A stretch of 45,525 nucleotides of DNA from a candidate division WOR-3 bacterium (GTDB lineage: Bacteria > Hydrothermota > Hydrothermia > LBFQ01), in contig JALUCS010000056.1 in assembly GCA_027050205.1 (NCBI GenBank), positions 1 to 45,525 on the forward strand. The letters run 5' to 3'. The notes under the pieces were generated by a model. That model saw only the letters and a list, made by a program, of their open reading frames with translations. It was not told the DNA's origin and ran no database searches. Every line of letters begins with the position of its first letter. Positions within the stretch are counted from its first letter, which is position 1. The translations under genes and the position numbers were made by a program. Positions 32,546 through 40,975 of the stretch are shown here, one piece after another.

Positions 32546-33538
32546 CTAACCGTCTCCCCTATCCCTCATCTTTCCGAAGAGGAATCCGGCGAGCCTCAAG
32601 GCGGCTAATGTGAGCCACAGGCGCAGGAGGAAGATAAAGGCGGTGTGCCACAGTGTGAAGGAAACGTACGGCCCGATTCCTCTACCGTAAACGACCCTCT
32701 CCTCCCCGACGGTGATGGCGTACAGAAACCGGGCTACTAAGACGCACAACCTCCCACATGCCCCCTCCAACTTAGACACCGCCCTTACTATCGGGGACCG
32801 GTGATAACGGGTTTCAAAGTCGTTCCTCCTTATCAGGACGAGGGTTGAGATCCTCGGTCGGTAGTAGGACACGAGTTGATCGGCCGGTATAAGGTACCCC
32901 TCCCCGTACTGCATCGCCACGATTTCGGAGGCCCCTTTCCGTAGGGCCTCCTTCAGGTCCAGGGCGCCCATGGGGGAACCGCTCCCGTCATAGAGGATGG
33001 CGAGGTTCTGGGCATCTACCATTACCCACTTCCTTAGCTTTGGGATCCACACCTCCACGACCGTGTGGCCCGACCCACCGTAGCCGTCCTTAGCCTCAAA
33101 GGAGACGTTCCTCGCCTTGAAGCCGTTGACCTGAAGCAAGAAGTTCAGGAGGATGGCGTCGTTGTAGCACTTTCCCCTCACCCCCTTGAGGAGGCATAAG
33201 CGGGCGATCTCCGAGGGCCTCTGGGGGACGTAGGCCGAGTGGCCGGAGCATCGGCTGTAAAAGGCGGTGTCCAAGTACCGTAGGGTGGAGACAACGGCCT
33301 CCAAACCCTTCTCGGCAGAGAAGTTCCTTTTGGAATATTGAGTGAAATTTTTGATGATTTTTCTGTCTTCATATACAAAAAAGCTCAAACTATCCCTAAA
33401 AATATGCTCATTATTGCTCACTATTGTGCGTATGAAGGTCGCCCTTACGATATGAGGGTTGAAAGCAAGACCTACCCCTATCGTCCCAGCGATGTATAAG
33501 CCGAGGATAAACGAGACCGCCTTGAACAGGAGCCTCAC
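32546..33538 (-). CDS. Membrane-anchored transglutaminase-like domain protein
   Basis: N- and C-terminal TM helices; triad GKC..., GHTVVEVW, WVMVD. Confidence 0.75.
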   Translation of the reverse strand: MRLLFKAVSFILGLYIAGTIGVGLAFNPHIVRATFIRTIVSNNEHIFRDSLSFFVYEDRKIIKNFTQYSKRNFSAEKGLEAVVSTLRYLDTAFYSRCSGHSAYVPQRPSEIARLCLLKGVRGKCYNDAILLNFLLQVNGFKARNVSFEAKDGYGGSGHTVVEVWIPKLRKWVMVDAQNLAILYDGSGSPMGALDLKEALRKGASEIVAMQYGEGYLIPADQLVSYYRPRISTLVLIRRNDFETRYHRSPIVRAVSKLEGACGRLCVLVARFLYAITVGEERVVYGRGIGPYVSFTLWHTAFIFLLRLWLTLAALRLAGFLFGKMRDRGDG

Positions 33539-33539
33539 G

Positions 33540-36002
33540 TCAGGGTACGAGGACCTTCAGGACCTTTCCCTCATAAACGGCGAAGTATATCCCCCTCCCC
33601 AGCCTGTGCCACCCTTCGGTGAGGACCCCTAGGAGCCTACCGGAGGGGGAGTAGATCCTGACGCCGTCTTCAAGGACGACTATCCCGTTCCGCTCAACCC
33701 TTACGGGTACGTACCCCCCCTTAGACGTTGGCACACCGAGGACGGGGGGACAGACGGGAGAGTAAGTGTGGAAAACCTTCAGGTACATGCTCGCCGAGTC
33801 TCCGGGAGAGAGGGTGTAGGGGCCCACGGAGAGGACCAGCGACCAGTCGCCTACGGTGTCGGCCGCGAAGGAGAGGGAGCCGGAGATGAGGGCGTACTTC
33901 ACCGGGTCGTAGAGGGTGTCGTACCAGTCTCTGTTCCTTATGAAGGAGAGGTGGGCCGGAGCCAAGGGGGTCTGGAAGCCGAGGTATCCGGGGAAACTGC
34001 TGTCCGCCGCCCATATCAGGAGGCACCGTTGGGATGCGAAGACCTGTCCCGTATCGGAGGATGGCCATCCGACGTCGGGGTCGGCGAAGAAGGCGAGGTA
34101 GCCGGTTATGGGGTAGGGGGTGGTGTTGAAGACGGTGAAGGCGAGGTGCAAAGTGGCGTCCCCCGGATAGGCGAAGGCCTGCGTCCGGAACCTCAACCCC
34201 CTGGGCGAAGGGTGGCCGGAGTCCGTCTGCATAACGTACCAGCCCTGGGGGACGAAGGGGAGGGGGCGGAAGGTGTCCGCAGGGAGGAAGTCGGAGTCGG
34301 AACCCTGGGGGTTTATCCATGCGTCCGCAACGTAGGAGGTGTCCGTAGCGAAGGCGAAACTGCCGAGGTAGAGGAGGGAGACCCCGCCGTAGAGGAGCCG
34401 GAACCACTTCCCGGACCGGGTGAAGGAGATGTGCAACGCCCCCGTATCCACGTCCACGTACTCCTCCGGTGGGGTACCGTAGCGGAGCAGGACCTTATAC
34501 AGGAGGGTATCGGAGAACTCAACCCGCAGGTTGAAGGGTACGTAGGTGCCGTCCGTGAGGCCGGAGGCGGAGACCCCGTAGAGGAGGGTGAGGGTGTCGG
34601 AGGCCGGGAGGGTGGCCGTCCTGACCGGGTCTGCTATGGAGACCCCTGAGGATGGAGTTGTGAGGACGAAGGTGGCCGTACCGGAGGCGGGGGCGTGGTT
34701 GAAGACCCTGATCTCCAGCGTATCCGTACCGTCAAAGGTGCCGTCCAGCACCCTCCAGGAGACCACCTCCGGCAGGAGCGGGGGAGGGGAGAGGAGGTTG
34801 AGGGAGCGCCACACGTTCAGCCTGCCCCATCCGTAGGTGTTGTTGGGGTAAGGGGAACCCCACGGGAAGGTGTCGGCCCCGGAGGTCAGGGCCGAGTACA
34901 CCTCCTCAAAGGTGAGGGTCGGGTCCCTCTGGAGGAGGATAGCCACGGCCCCGGCCACTAAGGGGGAGGCCAGGGAGGTACCGGACCACGCCTGAAACCC
35001 CCCTCCGGGCATAGTCGTCAGGACGCCAACGCCGGGGGCGACGAGGTCGGGCTTGAGGAGGTTCCACGTGGGGTAGGGCCAGTAGGTGGTGTCGTTCCAG
35101 GGGGGCCTGTTGGGGGCCGGCCCTTCAGAGGAGAAGTGCGCTATCGTATCGCTCTCGTAGGTTGCCCCCACCCCTATAACGGTGGGGTAGTTCCCCGGTG
35201 AGAAGCACACGCCGGAGGTGTTGCCGATGGCGAAGACCGGGACTATGCCGGCCAGCCTGAGGAGATAGACGTCGTTCCAGTACTCAAGTGAGCCGTCAGG
35301 CCCCCCCGTCTTCCAGGAGCCGTTATAGACCCGGATGTTGTAGCCGCTGTCTATCTTCCACTCCAATATCCTCTCAAATCCGAGGTGGGTGGTTATCTCC
35401 GACGAGGTGAGGTACTTACCGAAGAGCCTCACGACCGCCACCTTGGCGCCTGGGGCCACGCCCGTACTGTCGGCCACTATCACGCCGCTTACGATGGTGC
35501 CGTGGGGGAACTCGCTCTCAACTGGCCTTGGGTTACGCTCAACGGGGTCGTACCAGAGGCCGGACCACTTGGAGATGAGGTAGGGGTGGGAGGTGTCAAT
35601 GCCCGTATCCATCACCACCACTATAACGCCCTCACCGTCGTAGCCAGCGGCCCAGGCCGAATCCGCCATTACCCTGTCAAGCGCCCAGGAGCCGGTTGAG
35701 GTCAAATCGGCGGGGGACGGAAGGACGAGCTGGACGTACCCGGCCTTCCGGTAGCCTATCGCCCCGGTCTCCCTCGCGAGGTCCGGGAGGAGGTCCCCAT
35801 CGGTGAGGACGGCGACGGCGTTGGCCGTTGGCAGCGGTATCACGCTATCCACCCCCGGAAGACCCTTAACCCTGTCGGCTACGCTCCTTATCCGGGCCTT
35901 CAGGTAGTGGAAGAGGGCATGGGGGGAGTTCATCCTGTACTCCCTTACGTCCCCGTAGCGGAGGATGTACCAATCGGAGGTTATGAGGCTCAAGAGTAGC
36001 AC
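33540..36002 (-). CDS. S8 subtilase with T9SS type A-like C-terminal domain
   Basis: MDTG / HGTIV / GTSLASP triad; KPDLVAPG; YGWGRLN; tail IYSPSGRL..LGRGIYF..KVLKVLVP. Confidence 0.9.
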   Translation of the reverse strand: MLLLSLITSDWYILRYGDVREYRMNSPHALFHYLKARIRSVADRVKGLPGVDSVIPLPTANAVAVLTDGDLLPDLARETGAIGYRKAGYVQLVLPSPADLTSTGSWALDRVMADSAWAAGYDGEGVIVVVMDTGIDTSHPYLISKWSGLWYDPVERNPRPVESEFPHGTIVSGVIVADSTGVAPGAKVAVVRLFGKYLTSSEITTHLGFERILEWKIDSGYNIRVYNGSWKTGGPDGSLEYWNDVYLLRLAGIVPVFAIGNTSGVCFSPGNYPTVIGVGATYESDTIAHFSSEGPAPNRPPWNDTTYWPYPTWNLLKPDLVAPGVGVLTTMPGGGFQAWSGTSLASPLVAGAVAILLQRDPTLTFEEVYSALTSGADTFPWGSPYPNNTYGWGRLNVWRSLNLLSPPPLLPEVVSWRVLDGTFDGTDTLEIRVFNHAPASGTATFVLTTPSSGVSIADPVRTATLPASDTLTLLYGVSASGLTDGTYVPFNLRVEFSDTLLYKVLLRYGTPPEEYVDVDTGALHISFTRSGKWFRLLYGGVSLLYLGSFAFATDTSYVADAWINPQGSDSDFLPADTFRPLPFVPQGWYVMQTDSGHPSPRGLRFRTQAFAYPGDATLHLAFTVFNTTPYPITGYLAFFADPDVGWPSSDTGQVFASQRCLLIWAADSSFPGYLGFQTPLAPAHLSFIRNRDWYDTLYDPVKYALISGSLSFAADTVGDWSLVLSVGPYTLSPGDSASMYLKVFHTYSPVCPPVLGVPTSKGGYVPVRVERNGIVVLEDGVRIYSPSGRLLGVLTEGWHRLGRGIYFAVYEGKVLKVLVP

Positions 36003-36008
36003 GTGGAT

Positions 36009-36034
36009 ATTTTAAAGGATGCCCGCTTTAAAAT
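36009..36034. promoter_or_regulatory. Back-to-back divergent -10 boxes forming a 9-bp inverted repeat
   Basis: ATTTTAAAG-gatgcccg-CTTTAAAAT; TAAAAT lies 6 nt before GTG 36002 (-) and 10 nt before ATG 36045 (+). Confidence 0.65.
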
Positions 36035-36044
36035 CCCCTCCCCT

Positions 36045-37640
36045 ATGAAGTTCGTCTTCGTAACGGGTGGCGTCCTCTCCTCCCTCGGCAAGGGCATAAC
36101 CTCCTCCTCAATCGGGCTTCTCCTCAAGAGCAGGGGTCTGAAGGTCACCATCGTTAAGATAGACCCCTACCTCAACTACGACGCCGGGACTATGAACCCC
36201 TACCAGCACGGGGAGGTTTTCGTAACGGACGATGGGGGGGAGACGGATCTGGACATAGGGCATTACGAGAGGTTCCTGAACGAGGACCTCTCCAAGAGGA
36301 ACAACGTAACGGCCGGGCAGGTCTATCTTGAGGTGGTGGAGAGGGAGAGGGAAGGGAGGTACCTCGGTGCGACCGTCCAGGTCGTCCCCCACCTTACCAA
36401 CCTGATAAAGGAGCGGATAAAGGAGGTGGCCAAGGATTACGATGTGACCGTCGTGGAGATAGGGGGGACGGTGGGGGACATAGAGAGTCTCCCCTTCCTT
36501 GAGGCCGCCCGTCAGATGGGCCTTGAGGAGAGTTCCTTCTACCTCCACGTATCCTACGTCCCCTTCGTCCGTTCCGTTGGCGAGATAAAGACCAAACCCA
36601 CCCAGCACTCCGTCCAGAAGCTCCGGGAGATAGGCATCCAGCCGGACGCCCTCGTCGCCCGCGGGGAGAAGCCCCTGACACCGGAGGCCCGCCGTAAGCT
36701 CGCCCTCTTCTCCAGCCTCCCCCTGAGGGCCGTCATAAGCGCCCACGACCTCGCCAACGTCTATAGGGTCCCCTTCCTCCTCGCCGAGCAGGACCTGGAC
36801 GACCTCATATTTGAGAAGTTGGGCATAGGGATATACAGCGACAGGGACCTCTCGGAGTGGGAGGACTTCGTCCGGAGGGTGGAGGGGGCCTCCGAGGTGG
36901 TGAGGGTGGCCATAGTGGGGAAGTACATAGAGGTGAGGGACGCGTACAAGAGCCTGATAGAGGCCATAATCCACGCTGGGGCGCACATCGGCGTAAAGCC
37001 GGAGATAACCCTGATAGACGCCATAAGGTTGGAGCAGGAGGGAATGGACACCCTGAAGGAGTACGACGCCATAATCATAGCCGGTGGTTTCGGGAGGAGG
37101 GGCATAGAGGGTAAGATAGGGGCGATAACCTTCGGTAGGGAGAGGGGGATCCCCACCCTCGGTATCTGCCTCGGTATGCAGCTGATGACGGTTGAGTGGG
37201 CGCGGAACGTCCTCGGCCTGAAGGACGCCCACAGCGAAGAGTTCAACCCCTCAACTCCCCACCCCGTCATCCACCTCCTCCCCGGCCAGAGGGACATAGA
37301 CCGCCTCGGTGCCACTATGAGGCTCGGCGGCCAGGACATTAACCTCGTTGAGGGAAGCCTGATACACTCCCTCTACGGCAGGAGGGTGATCCGGGAGAGG
37401 CACAGGCACAGGTACGAGTTCAACGACGCGTACAGGGAGGAGTTTGAAAAGAGCGGCCTAAGGATAACGGGGGAGGCCGGGGGTCTGGTGGAGGTGATAG
37501 AGTGGCCGGAGCATCCCTTCTTCTTGGGGGTGCAGTTCCATCCGGAGTACACCTCCCGACCCCTCCGCCCCAACCCCGTGTTCGTCGGACTCCTAAGGGC
37601 TGCACTCGGAAGGCACCCCTCCCACGATACGCCCTTATAA
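36045..37640 (+). CDS. pyrG: CTP synthase
   Basis: MKFVFVTGGVLSSLGKG, HGEVFV, KTKPTQHSV, GICLGMQ, ERHRHRYE, QFHPE; start moved to ATG 36045. Confidence 0.97.
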   Translation: MKFVFVTGGVLSSLGKGITSSSIGLLLKSRGLKVTIVKIDPYLNYDAGTMNPYQHGEVFVTDDGGETDLDIGHYERFLNEDLSKRNNVTAGQVYLEVVEREREGRYLGATVQVVPHLTNLIKERIKEVAKDYDVTVVEIGGTVGDIESLPFLEAARQMGLEESSFYLHVSYVPFVRSVGEIKTKPTQHSVQKLREIGIQPDALVARGEKPLTPEARRKLALFSSLPLRAVISAHDLANVYRVPFLLAEQDLDDLIFEKLGIGIYSDRDLSEWEDFVRRVEGASEVVRVAIVGKYIEVRDAYKSLIEAIIHAGAHIGVKPEITLIDAIRLEQEGMDTLKEYDAIIIAGGFGRRGIEGKIGAITFGRERGIPTLGICLGMQLMTVEWARNVLGLKDAHSEEFNPSTPHPVIHLLPGQRDIDRLGATMRLGGQDINLVEGSLIHSLYGRRVIRERHRHRYEFNDAYREEFEKSGLRITGEAGGLVEVIEWPEHPFFLGVQFHPEYTSRPLRPNPVFVGLLRAALGRHPSHDTPL

Positions 37641-37652
37641 TACCCGTCTCAA

Positions 37653-37726
37653 GGCGGCGTAGCTCAGCCGGTCAGAGCGAGGGTTTCATAAACCCTAGGT
37701 CCGGGGTTCAAGTCCCCGCGCCGCCA
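37653..37726 (+). tRNA. tRNA with CAT anticodon (most likely elongator Met; Ile2 not excluded), CCA not encoded
   Basis: Acceptor GGCGGCG/CGCCGCC-A; D arm GCTC/GAGC; anticodon arm AGGGT-TTCATAA-ACCCT; T arm CGGGG-TTCAAGT-CCCCG; the paired 1-72 position rules out initiator tRNA. Confidence 0.93.
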
Positions 37727-37730
37727 CTTA

Positions 37731-38831
37731 GTGTATCTGCAGACGCTTCCTCTGTACTTCTACAGCGTTAGTTTTGGCGGGTACGTGAGCTTGGAGAATA
37801 CCAAGTCGTTGGAAAGCACACTCAACAGGGCGACGCTCGTAGGCTCACCCCACTTTATGATGGATTACGACTTCGCCTATCACTACTACTACTCTGTCAA
37901 ATCGTCGGCCAACGAGTACTCCTCCTACGTTATGTCCCTCCGCACACCCTCCTTCGTGTTTCCAACGGCGGTTAAGGTCGGCAGGAAGTTCGGTGGCACC
38001 TTCCTGCAGGTGGGAGGGGAGTTCTGGGGCAGCTACAGGGACTACGTCGGAGACTATCAGGGGGACGTCCTGACCCTACTGCTGGCCAAAGAGAGTTCCA
38101 TCGTAGGGGAGTTCGGGTTTGAGGCCTTCTACACCCACTTCCAGAGGAGCGCCTACATTGGCTCCTACCCGGTGGATACGGGTAAGGGAGGCGGCACCGT
38201 AGTGGACTTCTACGAGGAGTGGATCTATCGGGACGGCTTCGGGATGAAGTTTGCCCGGTACGGTGAGGACTACAACCTCTCCGGAGGCTTCTCCTACATG
38301 TCGGCGGATAGGGTGGTCCCCCTGTTCCTGGAGTTCAAGAAGCTCCTCGGCAGTTCAACCATCTACTTCAGGCAGACGGCCTTCTGGGGTAGCACCATCC
38401 TGCCCCCCAAACTCCACATAGGCTACGACAGGGAGTTCGTGATGGGGAGGAGGAGCCTCTACCTGTCCCTATTCACGGGGATACTCCTACGGCCGAGCGA
38501 GGTCTTCGGTCTCAAGAGGCCCCCCATAAGCGGCCTGTCCCTCAAGTACGTCTCCTACTCCCCCTCCGGAGAACTTACCCTGATGGGTAGGGGCTACGCC
38601 ACCAAGGCGGACAAAAACGAGGTGGGAGGTGAAGTCTACCTCGCCTACAGGTTCGCCCGTAAGTGGAGGCCAAAACCCTTCGCCGGCTTCATCTACGCCG
38701 GGGACGTGAGGGGTCCCTATCTGGGGGTCAGCTTCGGGACCCTCGGAAGGCGGTTCTACGTAGCATACTACCACGCGCACAAGGCGGTTTCCCTCGGTTT
38801 GGAGGTGTCCTATGGAGTTTTTGCTCTTTAG
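37731..38831 (+). CDS. Hypothetical protein, probable outer-membrane beta-barrel
   Basis: 366 aa; Tyr/Phe/Gly-rich alternating beta strands; host-like codon usage. Confidence 0.65.
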   Translation: MYLQTLPLYFYSVSFGGYVSLENTKSLESTLNRATLVGSPHFMMDYDFAYHYYYSVKSSANEYSSYVMSLRTPSFVFPTAVKVGRKFGGTFLQVGGEFWGSYRDYVGDYQGDVLTLLLAKESSIVGEFGFEAFYTHFQRSAYIGSYPVDTGKGGGTVVDFYEEWIYRDGFGMKFARYGEDYNLSGGFSYMSADRVVPLFLEFKKLLGSSTIYFRQTAFWGSTILPPKLHIGYDREFVMGRRSLYLSLFTGILLRPSEVFGLKRPPISGLSLKYVSYSPSGELTLMGRGYATKADKNEVGGEVYLAYRFARKWRPKPFAGFIYAGDVRGPYLGVSFGTLGRRFYVAYYHAHKAVSLGLEVSYGVFAL

Positions 38832-39261
38832 CCTCGGTGTAAAGACCACCTTTCCGGGGTTGGTGTCGGACGTCCTCCCCAAGGCGGTGGCTTTCCCTTC
38901 GGTCTCCATAAGCGCCGGGTTAGGTGAGTACTCCTATACGTCCGTGGAGATGGACGTCCTCAAGCTCAAGACCGGCCAGTACGAGATCTCCCTCCTATCC
39001 TCTACCTTCTACGTCGGCACCTTCGTCAAGAACTACGATATAGCCGTAGGCTACACCGTCTCCGGTGTGGGGATAAACACCCTCGCCATAGAGGATCAGG
39101 GATATATGGCTATCACACTTAAGGGGGGGTACGTCAAGAGGTTCGGTAAGTTGGCCCTGAACGGGGGGATGGTCCTGCCGATATACGGGATGGTGGCGAG
39201 CGGCAAGTTCTCCGTCATACCCGTCCCTCTACTCTACCTGTCCCTCTCCTATGGACGGTAG
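38812..39261 (+). CDS. Hypothetical small beta-rich (outer-membrane-like) protein
   Basis: 149 aa amphipathic strands ending LYLSLSYGR; overlaps both neighbours. Confidence 0.6.
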   Translation: MEFLLFSLGVKTTFPGLVSDVLPKAVAFPSVSISAGLGEYSYTSVEMDVLKLKTGQYEISLLSSTFYVGTFVKNYDIAVGYTVSGVGINTLAIEDQGYMAITLKGGYVKRFGKLALNGGMVLPIYGMVASGKFSVIPVPLLYLSLSYGR

Positions 39262-40975
39262 GGTAAGGGAGGCCATCCTGAACGCCCCGGACTCACCGGG
39301 TGTGTATATCTTCAAGAGGGGAGGAAAGCCCCTCTACGTCGGGAAAGCGAAGTCCCTCGCGAAGAGGTTAAAGGCCTACCTTCACGCGGAGGGGCGGATA
39401 GGCGAGATGGTTGAGGAGGCGGAGGAGTTGGAACTGGTACCCACCACGACGGAGGAGGGGGCGCTCCTCTTGGAGGCCAACCTCATAAGGAGATACCGTC
39501 CCCGGTACAACGTAAGGCTCAAGGACGGGAACCCCTTCCTCTACATCCATCTAACGGACGAGGAGTTTCCCCGGATAACCGTCGTAAGGAGACCCCCGGA
39601 AGGGGGTGAGACCTACGGTCCGTTCCTGCGTAGGGCCACCCTTAGGGAGTTCTTGAGGGTGGCCAGACGGCTCTTCCCGGTAAGGAACTGTTCCCTGAAG
39701 CTCCCAGCGAAGGGTAAGGTATCCCCCTGCGTGGAGTATCACATAGGGAGGTGTCTCGCCCCCTGCGCCTACGAGGTCGGAGAGGAGTACGCCGAGGCCG
39801 TGGAGGGTCTGAAGCGTCTCCTTAGGGGGGACGAGGAAGGGGTAAGGAGGTTCCTGTACGGTAAGATGATAGAGGAGGCGGAGAGGTACAACTACGAGGC
39901 GGCCGCCCTGTGGAGGGACAGGTTGAGGGCCTTTCAGGAGGTGGTGGGCAGGAAGAGGGAGAGGAGGGACCTGTGGGTGGTGGCCTCCTACGATAGGGAG
40001 GCGGTCGTGGTCCTCTACGTTCTCCATGGGAGCGAGGTGGGGGACGTATATCCCTTTTATGTCTCCGCCTCCATAGAGGGGGACAGGGGGACACTCCGGG
40101 AGTTTCTGTCTATGTACTACGCCCGTTCCTCCGATCCCCCGTCCGTCGCCCTCACCTACCCACCGTTGGAGGAAGATGAGATAGCCGGCGTTAGGGTGGA
40201 GCCGCCCGGTGAGGCGGAGGAGGAGGTCCTGAAGGTGGCCTTAGACTACGCCCAATCCAAGCTCCGCGACGTCCTCTCCCGTAAGGAGCGTACGGATCCA
40301 GCCCTCGTCTCCCTCCAAAAGCTCCTTGGCCTCCCCGACGTCCCCCGCAGGATAGAGGGCTACGACATCTCCCACACCTTCGGTGAGTACAAGGTCGCCT
40401 CCCTCGTCGTCTTCAAAGACGGCCGCCCCCAGAAGTCCGAGTACAGGCGGTACAAAATCAGGGAGGTCTCCGGGATAGACGACTACGCAGCGATGTACGA
40501 GGTGGTGAGGAGGAGGTTCCGGAGGTTGGTTGAGGAGGGAGGGGAAAGGCCTTCCCTCGTCCTGATAGACGGGGGGCCGGGACAGCTGAAGGCCGCCCTA
40601 CGGGCCATGGAAGAGGTGGGGGTTGAGGTGCCGGCCGTGGCCCTCGCCAAGAGGTACGAGACCCTCCACCTGCCATCCGGTGAGGTCGTGCAGCTCCCCC
40701 TTAGCGACCCCGCCCTAAGGCTCCTTATGAGGGTCAGGGACGAGGCCCACAGGTTCGCCCTCAAGTACCATAGGACCCTAAGGAGCAAGAGGTACGGCGC
40801 CAGCGTCCTGGACGACATCCCCGGCATAGGGAAGAAGCGGAAGAGGATCCTCCTATCCCACTTCGGTTCGGTGGACCGCATAAGGTTGGCTTCTTTGCAG
40901 GAGATAGCCTCCCTCCCCACCTTCAGCCTCTCCCTCGCCAAACGGGTCAAGGATTACCTGTCGGGGAAAGGTTGA
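39251..40975 (+). CDS. uvrC: Excinuclease ABC subunit C
   Basis: GIY-YIG (PGVYIF..YVGKAKSL), Cys cluster, RIEGYDISH, LIDGGPGQL, RDEAHRFA, HhH IPGIG. Confidence 0.97.
   Translation: MDGRVREAILNAPDSPGVYIFKRGGKPLYVGKAKSLAKRLKAYLHAEGRIGEMVEEAEELELVPTTTEEGALLLEANLIRRYRPRYNVRLKDGNPFLYIHLTDEEFPRITVVRRPPEGGETYGPFLRRATLREFLRVARRLFPVRNCSLKLPAKGKVSPCVEYHIGRCLAPCAYEVGEEYAEAVEGLKRLLRGDEEGVRRFLYGKMIEEAERYNYEAAALWRDRLRAFQEVVGRKRERRDLWVVASYDREAVVVLYVLHGSEVGDVYPFYVSASIEGDRGTLREFLSMYYARSSDPPSVALTYPPLEEDEIAGVRVEPPGEAEEEVLKVALDYAQSKLRDVLSRKERTDPALVSLQKLLGLPDVPRRIEGYDISHTFGEYKVASLVVFKDGRPQKSEYRRYKIREVSGIDDYAAMYEVVRRRFRRLVEEGGERPSLVLIDGGPGQLKAALRAMEEVGVEVPAVALAKRYETLHLPSGEVVQLPLSDPALRLLMRVRDEAHRFALKYHRTLRSKRYGASVLDDIPGIGKKRKRILLSHFGSVDRIRLASLQEIASLPTFSLSLAKRVKDYLSGKG

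Noticed and set aside
37653..39261. tRNA as the attachment site of an integrated island
   Set aside because: No integrase and no duplicated tRNA 3' end were seen; downstream genes have host-like codon usage and overlap uvrC
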